This document shows positions 18,074 to 26,820 of a stretch of DNA of 56,053 bases, one piece after another. Both the position numbers and the translations under genes were made by a program. Numbering within the stretch: position 1 is the stretch's first letter; each line of letters begins with the position of its first letter. Origin of the DNA: an archaeon BMS3Abin17 (GTDB taxonomy: Archaea; Nanobdellota; Nanobdellia; Pacearchaeales; GW2011-AR1); contig BDTJ01000035.1 in assembly GCA_002897655.1 (NCBI GenBank), positions 1 through 56,053 of the forward strand, in the 5' to 3' direction. Under the pieces are notes generated by a model. That model saw only the letters and a program-made list of their open reading frames with translations. It had not been told where the DNA came from and did not search any database.

Positions 18074-18143
18074 TTACCCACATCCATGGCATCCAGAACA
18101 CTGTCTGCATACTATTTTTTTTACCTTGCCTTGTTTCCATCAT
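18074..18143 (-). pseudogene. Putative 22-aa CxxC-xx-CxxC micro-protein with a +1 shift in an A8 run
   Basis: Removing one A gives MMETRQGKKIVCRQCSGCHGCG*, ending just before the HAD start. Confidence 0.35.
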
Positions 18144-18177
18144 ATAAAAACCTCTTAAGAAAGATATTTAAAGGATA

Positions 18178-18198
18178 GTAGTCATGTAACATAACTAC
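18178..18198 (+). promoter_or_regulatory. Imperfect palindromic operator before TrmB
   Basis: GTAGTCATGT-a-ACATAACTAC between the TATA box and ATG. Confidence 0.45.
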
Positions 18199-18200
18199 AA

Positions 18201-18917
18201 ATGTTAGAGAAATTTGGACTCACACAAACAGAAGAAAAAGTTTATTTAGCCCTGCTTAAATTAGGCAATTCTCCTGCTGCAGATATAATTAAAAAAACAC
18301 AGTTGCATAGAACAACTATCTATGATGTTCTTGAAAGGTTAATCAGCAAGGGAATTGTCAGTTATGTTATTCAAAATAAAATTAAGTCTTATTCTTCTGT
18401 AAATCCTTCAAAATTCTTAGATATTGCTTCTGAAGAGAAAAAGCAGGCAGAAGAAAAGCAAAAGTTGGCAAAACAGATTATAGGAGAAATAAATTCAATT
18501 AAGCAGGAAGCTAAAGCAAAATCTCTTGCACAGATTTTTGTTGGTATTCAGGGGCAAAAGACAATTATGCAGGACATTATAGATGAAGGAAAGGATTTTA
18601 TTGAATTTGCGAGCGAAGGACGTTTTGAAGATGTTTTATCTGCTTATACAAAGCAATGGGCAGTTCAGCGTGAAAAAAAGAATATAAAAGCAAAATTAAT
18701 TTTTAAAAAAGGGGTAGATACTCCAATTTGGAAAATGAATAAAATTAAATTTATTAAAGAGGAATATCAATCCCCAACTGCTACAATTGTTTATGGGAAT
18801 AAAGTTGCTATCTTTATCCATGAAGAACCTGTTCTTATAATCTTAATAGAAAGTAAACAACTTGCTCAGAGTTATTGTAATTATTTTAAGATTCTATGGA
18901 GCATTGCTGAAGATTAG
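18201..18917 (+). CDS. TrmB-family transcriptional regulator
   Basis: FGLTQTEEKVYLALL, HRTTIYDVLERL..KGIV. Confidence 0.9.
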   Translation: MLEKFGLTQTEEKVYLALLKLGNSPAADIIKKTQLHRTTIYDVLERLISKGIVSYVIQNKIKSYSSVNPSKFLDIASEEKKQAEEKQKLAKQIIGEINSIKQEAKAKSLAQIFVGIQGQKTIMQDIIDEGKDFIEFASEGRFEDVLSAYTKQWAVQREKKNIKAKLIFKKGVDTPIWKMNKIKFIKEEYQSPTATIVYGNKVAIFIHEEPVLIILIESKQLAQSYCNYFKILWSIAED

Positions 18918-18987
18918 CAATCTCTCTGACTAACGCTTAAGTTCTACCTCAACAATCTTTATATATTTCTTATTTGCTTGTCTTGAT

Positions 18988-20148
18988 ATGGTAAAATTCG
19001 CGCATATTTCTGATGTTCATCTGGGAGGGTGGAAGCAAGAGCCCCTGCAGGATTTGAATTTTCAGTCATTTCAGATGGCAGTTGATGCCTGCATAAATCA
19101 AAAAACAGATTTTGTTTTAATATCCGGAGATTTGTTTGACTCAGCCTATCCTCCTATTGATATTCTTAAAAAAACCTTTGCAGAATTCAGGAGGCTCAAG
19201 GATTCAAAAATCCCCTGTTTTATTATTCCTGGCTCTCATGATTACTCTGTTTCTGGAAAAACCTTTCTGGATGTTCTTGAAAAAGCAGGATTTTGCAAAA
19301 ATGTAGCTGATTTTGAGATAATTGACGAAAAGATAATCCTAAACCCAACTATCTATGAAGGAGTTGCTATTTATGGATATCCCGGGAGGAAATCAGGATT
19401 AGAGGTCGCAGATTTAAGAAAGATAAAACTAAATGATTCTCCGGGAATGTTTAAGATTTTCATGCTTCATACAACAATTGATGCTGCAAAAGGAAATCTT
19501 CCAATAGATGCAATAGAGTCTAAATCACTCCCTCAAGCAGATTATTATGCAATGGGGCATTTGCACATAGATTTTCAATATCAAAACTTTGTTTATCCAG
19601 GACCTATTTTTCCAAATAATTTTCAGGAACTTGAAGACCTTAAATATGGAAGTTTTTATATTGTTGATACTGAGGAAACAAATTCACTTAAAAAAATAGA
19701 ACTTAAAATTAAAGAGATTGAATCTTTTGATATTGAAATAAAAACCTCTTTAACAGCAACAGAAAAGATAATCTCAGAGATTGACAAAAGGGATATCAAG
19801 GACAAGATAGTTCTCTTGAGGGTAAAAGGGGAATTAGAGACCGGAAAAAACTCAGATATAAAATTCTCTCAAATAGAGGATTTTGTAAAGCAGAAAAATG
19901 CATATTTTATGCTCAAAAACACTCATAATTTAAAGACAAAAGAAGTTGAGCTTGAAATAGAGGTAAAAAACACAGAAGACATAGAAAAAGAAACAATAAA
20001 GATTTATTCTGAGAAAAATCCATCTGATTTTAATGATTTAATCCCTCAACTAATACATACACTTTCAATGGATAAGCAAGAAGGAGAAACTTCTGAAAGT
20101 TTCACAAACAGGTTGCTTGATGAAGCCAAGAAGGTGTTGAGGTTATGA
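18988..20148 (+). CDS. mre11: Mre11/SbcD nuclease
   Basis: SDVHLG, SGDLFD, GSHD, LHT, MGHLH. Confidence 0.92.
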   Translation: MVKFAHISDVHLGGWKQEPLQDLNFQSFQMAVDACINQKTDFVLISGDLFDSAYPPIDILKKTFAEFRRLKDSKIPCFIIPGSHDYSVSGKTFLDVLEKAGFCKNVADFEIIDEKIILNPTIYEGVAIYGYPGRKSGLEVADLRKIKLNDSPGMFKIFMLHTTIDAAKGNLPIDAIESKSLPQADYYAMGHLHIDFQYQNFVYPGPIFPNNFQELEDLKYGSFYIVDTEETNSLKKIELKIKEIESFDIEIKTSLTATEKIISEIDKRDIKDKIVLLRVKGELETGKNSDIKFSQIEDFVKQKNAYFMLKNTHNLKTKEVELEIEVKNTEDIEKETIKIYSEKNPSDFNDLIPQLIHTLSMDKQEGETSESFTNRLLDEAKKVLRL

Positions 20149-20149
20149 G

Positions 20150-21091
20150 ATGAAAATTAAAATTAAAGAGCGATTAATTAGAAAAAAAGGCCTTCCTGAA
20201 GGATTTGTAATTACAGATTCAAATGTAATGAAAAGATATGGGCTATTCGTGCTTGGGAATGTTTTTGTTATTGATGCAGGAGAAAAAAGCAAATCTTTTG
20301 AAAATTATCAAAAAATAGCAGAGAATCTTGCAGATGTAGATGCTGAAAAAATTGTTGCATTTGGTGGAGGGGTTGTTGGAGATTTGGCTGGATTTGTGGC
20401 CTCCACTTACAAGAGAGGGATTAATCTTATACATGTCCCGACCACATTGCTTGCAATGGTGGATAGCAGTATTGGGGGGAAAAATGGAATTAATTTGGGA
20501 AAGAGAAAGAATTATATTGGGACAATTTACCAGCCTGAAGAGGTTTTGATTGATACGTCCTTTTTACAAAGTCTACCTCTTTGGGAGTTTAGAAATGGAG
20601 TTGCCGAGATAATTAAATATAGCAGTGTTTTTGAAAAACCAAGTTTAGAAAGACTTGAAAGAGGAATTAACAAAGAAGATAGCGATTTACAAAATATAAT
20701 TACTGAATGCTGTAAAGTTAAAACAGAAATAGTAAAAAGAGACCCGCAGGATAGAGGATTTAGACATACTTTGAATTTTGGGCACACAATTGGACATGCT
20801 ATTGAATTAATATATGCTCTTAGCCATGGAGAAGCAATTTCTATTGGGATGGTTAAAGAATTAGAATTAGGAAATAAACTTGAGCTTGTCACTAAAAACA
20901 AAATTGAGAAAGTTACAAGAATAATTGAGGCTAATGGGTTGCCCACAAAACTCCCGCCCAATTATGATGTAGAAAAAATTTTAAACCTAATAAATTATGA
21001 TAAAAAAGGAAGTTTTGTTTTTGCTTTTAATCATGAGAATTACAATATCAAAGTAAAGAGAGAATTAGTCAAAGAGGTTTTAGAGAGATGA
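20150..21091 (+). CDS. aroB: 3-dehydroquinate synthase
   Basis: GGGVVGDLAGF, PTTLLAMVDSSIGGKNG, LNFGHTIGHAIE, HGEAI. Confidence 0.93.
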   Translation: MKIKIKERLIRKKGLPEGFVITDSNVMKRYGLFVLGNVFVIDAGEKSKSFENYQKIAENLADVDAEKIVAFGGGVVGDLAGFVASTYKRGINLIHVPTTLLAMVDSSIGGKNGINLGKRKNYIGTIYQPEEVLIDTSFLQSLPLWEFRNGVAEIIKYSSVFEKPSLERLERGINKEDSDLQNIITECCKVKTEIVKRDPQDRGFRHTLNFGHTIGHAIELIYALSHGEAISIGMVKELELGNKLELVTKNKIEKVTRIIEANGLPTKLPPNYDVEKILNLINYDKKGSFVFAFNHENYNIKVKRELVKEVLER

Positions 21092-22186
21092 TAGAGAAAT
21101 TTTTTGACAATATATTTACAGGGAATTTTGACAAAGAGGAAGTTAAGAAAAAATTAATAGAGATGCATCAGAGAGAAGGCGGGGAAACAATAGAAGAGAT
21201 TTTCTATGCTGCAAAATCAATGAGAGAACACATGACAAGCATAAAGATTGATTCAAAAGAGGATTTACTGGATATTGTCGGAACAGGAGGAGATGGTAAA
21301 AGCAGCATTAATATATCAACAATCGCCGCGATTGTTGCTGCAGGAGCAGGTTGCAAGGTTGCCAAACATTGCAACAAGGGAGCTTCAAGCAGTTTTGGTT
21401 CTGCTGATTTTTTAGAAGCATTAGGAGTAAAGATTGATTTAAAACCAGAGCAAACAAAACAAGTAATAGAAGATATTGGAATTGGGTTTATGTATGCACC
21501 AATATACCATCCTGCAATGAAAAATGTAGCCCAAATCAAAAAGTCCTTGTGTTTTACCGCACCTTAAAAGGTGCGGTTTGTTTGGACTTTAGGATGTCCA
21601 AGGATTCATCCACACACTAAAGTGTGTGGTTTTCTCCAGAATCCTTGGCATAAGAAAAGAAATAGGGCACAGAACAATATTCAATAAAGTAGGACCCTTA
21701 ACAAATCCTGCAAATCCTCAAACAATGTTAATTGGGGCTTATAGTGTTAATGCAGCAAAAGACATTGCTTATGTTGTAAAAGAACTTGGTGGGGTTAAAA
21801 GAGCAATGGTTGTCCACGGGCAGGATGGTTTGGATGAGATAAGCTTGTATGAATTAACAACAGTCTTTGATGTAGAAGACTCTGAAGAGATTAAAGAATA
21901 TACTATCTATCCAGACTATACTCCTTACAGCACTCAAATTAGTTTAAAGGTAGATTCTGCTGAGGAATCAGCAAGTATATGCAGAAAAATACTTCATAAT
22001 AAGAGACTATCCCAAAGGGAGGATGCTATGAAGAGAGCAGTTATACCCAATGTAGCCATGGCAATGTATGTAAATGATTTAGTAGGTTCTCGTGGAGAGG
22101 GGACATGTTTAGCGCAAGAATCAATTGAAAGTGGCGCTGCAAAACAAAAGTTAGAGGAATTAATTAAACTGATAAATTCATTTTAA
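21088..22186 (+). pseudogene. trpD: Anthranilate phosphoribosyltransferase interrupted by a 115-bp insertion
   Basis: GTGGDG, NIST, KHCN..ASS..GSAD, GLDE motifs; removing 21535-21649 restores HPAMKNVAQIRKEIGHRTIFN. Confidence 0.9.
21535..21649. mobile_element. Non-autonomous palindromic element (IS200/IS605-end-like, PATE/MITE)
   Basis: Nested hairpins AAAGTCC..ACCGCACCTT-aa-AAGGTGCGGT..GGACTTT and CCAAGGATTC..CCACACACT-aa-AGTGTGTGG..GAATCCTTGG; AT at both junctions. Confidence 0.8.
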
Positions 22187-22187
22187 A

Positions 22188-22301
22188 ATGAAACCAACAA
22201 AATTAAAAACTTCAAGAACAAAGTTCTTGACAGTCCCGGAAATTTTAATTTCCGAGATTTTGAAGTCCCATTTTAAAGGGAAAAAAAGATATTCCAAATG
22301 A
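22188..22301 (+). repeat. Twin-hairpin leader element with uORF coupled to rad50
   Basis: ATGAAAC repeated at 22188 and 22298; hairpins TCAAGAAC/GTTCTTGA and CGGAAATT/AATTTCCG; 37-aa uORF ending in an ATGA overlap. Confidence 0.7.
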
Positions 22302-24343
22302 AACTAAAAAAAATAACTTTGAATAACATAAGAAGCTATGAGTATCAGGAGATAGAATTTCCAGAGGGCTCTGTATTATTATCAGGAGATATTGGTGCTG
22401 GAAAAACTTCTATTCTTCTCGGAATAGAGTTTGCATTATTTGGACTGCAGCCAGGTCAGAGAGGAACTTCTTTATTGAGAAATGGAAAAGATATTGGGGG
22501 GGTTGTCATGGAATTTGAGATAGATGGAAAAACAATTATAATAGAAAGAACTTTGAAAAGAGGAAAAACTGTTTCACAAGATTACTGTTCTTTAAGTGTT
22601 GATGGAGAAAAACAAGAATCTTCTGTTTTAGAACTCAAAAATAAAGTCTTAGAGTTATTGAATTATCCAAAAGAATTCTCTAAAAAACAAAATATATTGT
22701 ATAAGTTTACTGCATATACTCCCCAGGAGGAAATGAAACAGATTATCCTGCAGGATTCAGAAACAAGAGTAAATACTCTTAGGCATATATTTGGGATAGA
22801 CAAATACAAGAAAATCTTAGAGAACACTTCTATTTTAGCCTCAAAATTAAGAGAAGAAAAAAGGATGAAAGAAGGAATTACCCTAAACCTTGAGCAAGAC
22901 AAAGTGAATATAATCTCCAAAGAAAATGAACTCGAAACTAAACAATATAATCTTGTTTCAGTTGAAAAAGAGCTCTTCTTAAAAACAGAGATAAGAAAAA
23001 AAGTGAGCGATGAAAAAGATGAAATTTATAAGAAAATAGAAGAGAAAAATAAGATTCAGCAGGAAATTGAAAAAACCCAGATAAGAATCTTGAATAAAAA
23101 AGAATCAATTTCAGAGAACATAAAAACAATAGACCAATTAAAATTACAGATAAAAGAGCTAGGGGATATAAAGATTGATGATTCAAGACTTAATGAACTT
23201 GGAGAGGGAATTTTATCCGGGAAAAAAGAAAGAGAAAAAATAAGTGAGAACAATCTTGATATTATTTCCCAGATAACCACTATCAATATAAAAAATGATG
23301 AAAATAAAAAATTAAACCAGCAGATTTCTAACCTGGAAGTTTGCCCAACCTGCTTGCAGGATGTTGATGCAGTCTACAGAGCAAATGTCCTGAACAAACT
23401 TCATACAGATACTTCAATAAATAATAGAAAACTTGAAGAATTAGAAGATGAGAAAAAGCAAACCCATGAAAAATTAAGGCAAATTAATTTAGAAATTGAT
23501 TTAAAAGAAAAACAGCTTACAGACTTAAGAATATTAAATGCAAAGTACCAGGGGATTCATGAGAAACAAGAAAGATTAACTGGGATAGAAAATTCAAACC
23601 TCTTGCTTGAAAAAGATATGGAAATATTAGCACAGCAAATAGATTCTCTTAGAAGTTCTGTTTCTGAGTTAAATAAATTTCAGGGTATTTTTGAGAAAAA
23701 ACAAGAAGAGTTTGACGAATCTATAAAACAAGAGAGGTTTGTGGAAATAAATGTGGCGGAGTTAAAAAAAGAGATACAGGTTTTTTCAAGGCAAATAGAA
23801 GAATTAAGAGAGAGGGTTAAGATAACAGAGGGGATTAAAAAGCAATTAGATTATATTACTGAGATTGAGGACTGGCTTTCTAAGAAATTCTCTCCTGTAA
23901 TATCCTTCATAGAGAAAAATGTAATGATTAAACTTAAGGCAGAATTCTCCCAATTATTTAACCAATGGTTTTCTATGCTTGTGTCAGACTCTTTTGAAGT
24001 AAGGCTTGATGACGATTTTACTCCTATAATTGAGCATCAGGATTATGAGCTGGATTATACTTATCTTTCAGGAGGAGAAAGAACAGCAATTGCTCTTGCA
24101 TATAGGCTTTCATTAAATCAGGTAATAAATTCTATTTTAAGCAAGATAAAGACAAGAGATTTTGTAATTTTAGATGAACCAACAGACGGGTTTTCAGACC
24201 AGCAATTAGACAAAATGAGGGATGTTTTATATCAATTAAATGTAAACCAGCTGATAATTGTAAGTCATGAGCAAAAAATAGAGGGTTTTGTTGAAAATGT
24301 ATTGAGATTTAAGAAAGAAGCAGGTATAAGTGTTCTTGAATAA
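22298..24343 (+). CDS. rad50: Rad50/SbcC SMC-like ATPase
   Basis: GDIGAGKT, CPTC zinc hook, LSGGE, LDEPT, VSH. Confidence 0.93.
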   Translation: MKLKKITLNNIRSYEYQEIEFPEGSVLLSGDIGAGKTSILLGIEFALFGLQPGQRGTSLLRNGKDIGGVVMEFEIDGKTIIIERTLKRGKTVSQDYCSLSVDGEKQESSVLELKNKVLELLNYPKEFSKKQNILYKFTAYTPQEEMKQIILQDSETRVNTLRHIFGIDKYKKILENTSILASKLREEKRMKEGITLNLEQDKVNIISKENELETKQYNLVSVEKELFLKTEIRKKVSDEKDEIYKKIEEKNKIQQEIEKTQIRILNKKESISENIKTIDQLKLQIKELGDIKIDDSRLNELGEGILSGKKEREKISENNLDIISQITTINIKNDENKKLNQQISNLEVCPTCLQDVDAVYRANVLNKLHTDTSINNRKLEELEDEKKQTHEKLRQINLEIDLKEKQLTDLRILNAKYQGIHEKQERLTGIENSNLLLEKDMEILAQQIDSLRSSVSELNKFQGIFEKKQEEFDESIKQERFVEINVAELKKEIQVFSRQIEELRERVKITEGIKKQLDYITEIEDWLSKKFSPVISFIEKNVMIKLKAEFSQLFNQWFSMLVSDSFEVRLDDDFTPIIEHQDYELDYTYLSGGERTAIALAYRLSLNQVINSILSKIKTRDFVILDEPTDGFSDQQLDKMRDVLYQLNVNQLIIVSHEQKIEGFVENVLRFKKEAGISVLE

Positions 24344-24730
24344 TTATTTTCTCTTTTCTTTAAGATGCCAATACAAATAACCCCCCATCATTCCTATAAT
24401 AAGGTCCCAGAGTGCATTTAATTTAGAATCTAATCTAAAAAATGATGAGCCAGTTGCAATTACTGCCAGCTCAAAAACTTCCCATAAAATAACAACTAAA
24501 AATAATATAAAGAATTTTATCCTCACTTTTTTAAAAATCTTAAAGATTAAAAACATCAGAAGAAAACCTGTAATAAAATGGACTATAGAGTAAATGTCAA
24601 TAAATACAACACTATTGTGAATAAGTGAAGTATTAAAAAAATCTGCAAGGGGACCAACCCAAAATTCACTAAAACTCATTGCCATCTTCTTATTTAATAT
24701 ATCCTTATTTTTAAAATCTTTGTTAAGCAA
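24344..24730 (-). CDS. Membrane protein
   Basis: D.YS.VHF..G, WEVFE, N.LWDLI motifs; the start may lie further downstream. Confidence 0.7.
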   Translation of the reverse strand: MLNKDFKNKDILNKKMAMSFSEFWVGPLADFFNTSLIHNSVVFIDIYSIVHFITGFLLMFLIFKIFKKVRIKFFILFLVVILWEVFELAVIATGSSFFRLDSKLNALWDLIIGMMGGYLYWHLKEKRK

Positions 24731-24804
24731 TAACTTTATAAATTATACAGTCAAAGTTTTATTAAGAGTGATGGTTTGAAGTTGCCTAAATACTTCTGAA
24801 TAAA

Positions 24805-25881
24805 ATGCCAATTGATTTAAGAACAAAAAAATTAGCACAATTAGCAGTAAGATATTCTGTATTTGTAAAACCAAGAGAAACAGTAATTATCTCAGGGGGT
24901 ATAGAAGCAGTTCCTTTTTTAGTTGAGTTATATAAGGAAATTATTTTACGAAAAGCATTTCCTATAGTGAGAATGGGCCTACCAGATATCTCTGACTTTT
25001 TTTATAAATATGCCACAAAAGAGCAAATAGAGCATTTCCCTCAACATCTTATGGATTTATATAAACAAGCAGATAAGACTATTAGTATTGTTACGGATTT
25101 AAATACAAAAGAATTAACTAATTCTGATTCAAAAAAAATATCTACAAGACAAAAGATAGTACACCCTATCTCAGACTATGTTGTTAATGAAAAAGATAAA
25201 ATAAGAAGATGTACTATTGCTTACCCTGTTATAGCTCTGGCACAAGAAGCAGAGATGTCTTTGACAGAATATGAGAATTTTGTTTATCAAGCATGTTTAA
25301 TTGATTGGAAAAAATTTGGGAAAAGACTTGATAAAATTTCTAATAAATTTGAGAAGGGTAAAGATGTTCATTTAATAGGGGAAGGTGTTGATTTAAAATT
25401 CTCAATTAAAGGAAAAAACTGTGTTGCTGATAAAGGAGAAGAAAACATGCCTGGGGGAGAAGTCTTTATGGCCCTTGTAAGAGAAAGTCTAAATGGATGG
25501 ATTAAATTTGATTATCCTGCAATAAGAGCAGGAAAAGAAGTTCTAGATATAGAATTAAAATTTGAAAATGGAAAAGTTGTGGAATCAAAAGCCTCAAAAA
25601 ACCAAGATTTTCTTAAAGAAACCTTAAACTTAGATGAAAATGCAAAATATGTAGGAGAATTTGGCATTGGATGTAATCCAAAGATAAACAAATTTACAAA
25701 CGAACTCTTATTTGATGAAAAGATTGATGGAACAATACATCTTGCTTTAGGAATGGCTTACAAGGAAAATGGAGGAGGAAATGATTCTGCAGTACACTGG
25801 GACATTGTTAAAGACATGAAAAAAGCAAAAATAATCCTTGACGGAAAAGTTGTTCAGGAAAATGGAAAATGGAAGATTTAA
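24805..25881 (+). CDS. Aminopeptidase, M29 (AmpS/AmpT) family
   Basis: NMPGGEVF, GEFGIG, LFDEKI.GTIHLALG.AY, SAVHWD. Confidence 0.94.
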   Translation: MPIDLRTKKLAQLAVRYSVFVKPRETVIISGGIEAVPFLVELYKEIILRKAFPIVRMGLPDISDFFYKYATKEQIEHFPQHLMDLYKQADKTISIVTDLNTKELTNSDSKKISTRQKIVHPISDYVVNEKDKIRRCTIAYPVIALAQEAEMSLTEYENFVYQACLIDWKKFGKRLDKISNKFEKGKDVHLIGEGVDLKFSIKGKNCVADKGEENMPGGEVFMALVRESLNGWIKFDYPAIRAGKEVLDIELKFENGKVVESKASKNQDFLKETLNLDENAKYVGEFGIGCNPKINKFTNELLFDEKIDGTIHLALGMAYKENGGGNDSAVHWDIVKDMKKAKIILDGKVVQENGKWKI

Positions 25882-25955
25882 CTCAAAACAAAAGATTTAT
25901 AAAACACAATAATCTCTAAATTTTATAGATTCTAAATAGATTAAAGGATTATTCT

Positions 25956-26630
25956 ATGGAAATTAAAATGGATAGCGAAATAAAAAACTCAATACTGAAG
26001 ACAGGAACAACTATACTGGGAATTGTCTGTAAAGAAGGAGTTGTAATGGCTGCAGATAGACAGGCAACAATGGGCCACTCAGTAGCAAAGAAAGATTTTA
26101 AGAAAGTAACTCAAATAAATGATTATCTTGTAATGTCTGTTGCAGGAGGAGCGTCAGATGCACAAAGATTCAAGAGGCTATTAGCAGCAGAATTAAAATT
26201 AAAAGAATTAAGAGCAAAATCAAGACCAACAGTAAAACAATCTGCAAACCTTTTATCTTCAATCTCTTATTCAGGGATAAGACAACCTTCTATGCTTCCA
26301 GCGATTGTTGGAAGTTTGTTAGCAGGAGTTAATGATGATGGCTCTGTAGAATTATATACTATTGGACCAGATGGAACAATTGATGATGTAACTGATTATG
26401 ATGCTAATATTGGAAGCGGTATGCCTTATGTTTTAGGTTTACTTGAAAGACAGTATAAAAAAGACCTTTCTATTAAAGAATGTATTGAACTTGCAAAAGA
26501 AGCCCTAAAGTCTTCAACACAAAGAGATATTGCAAGTGGTTATGGTATTGATGTTTTCACAATAACCAAAGAGGGAATAAAAAAGGTTGTTGAACAGGAA
26601 ATAAAGCCAGAATATAAAGATAAAGAATAA
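25956..26630 (+). CDS. psmB: Proteasome beta subunit
   Basis: KTG/TTILG propeptide junction, AADRQAT, GSG, RDIASG. Confidence 0.95.
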   Translation: MEIKMDSEIKNSILKTGTTILGIVCKEGVVMAADRQATMGHSVAKKDFKKVTQINDYLVMSVAGGASDAQRFKRLLAAELKLKELRAKSRPTVKQSANLLSSISYSGIRQPSMLPAIVGSLLAGVNDDGSVELYTIGPDGTIDDVTDYDANIGSGMPYVLGLLERQYKKDLSIKECIELAKEALKSSTQRDIASGYGIDVFTITKEGIKKVVEQEIKPEYKDKE

Positions 26631-26759
26631 ATCTACTAAAAATAATTGATAAAATTCAATGGAGATTATAAGAGATAATTTAGGTTAGAGGTGATAATTA
26701 ATCTAAACAGATTCGTTTTCATATTAACTAAAAAACAAAGCACAAAATAAAACAAAAAA

Positions 26760-26820
26760 ATGGAAACAAAAAAATCAAAGATTTTTAGCCTCCAATTTAA
26801 GGAAGTGAATTAAATTGGAG
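26760..26820 (+). repeat. Hairpin leader element with uORF at the aCPSF1 start
   Basis: uORF METKKSKIFSLQFKEVN* (26760-26813); CTCCAATTTA pairs with TAAATTGGAG, placing AGGAAGTGA in the loop and TTG in the stem. Confidence 0.7.

Noticed and set aside
21535-21649. Group I/II or BHB intron in trpD
   Set aside because: Too short for a self-splicing intron and no convincing bulge-helix-bulge at the junctions; it resembles IS ends more.
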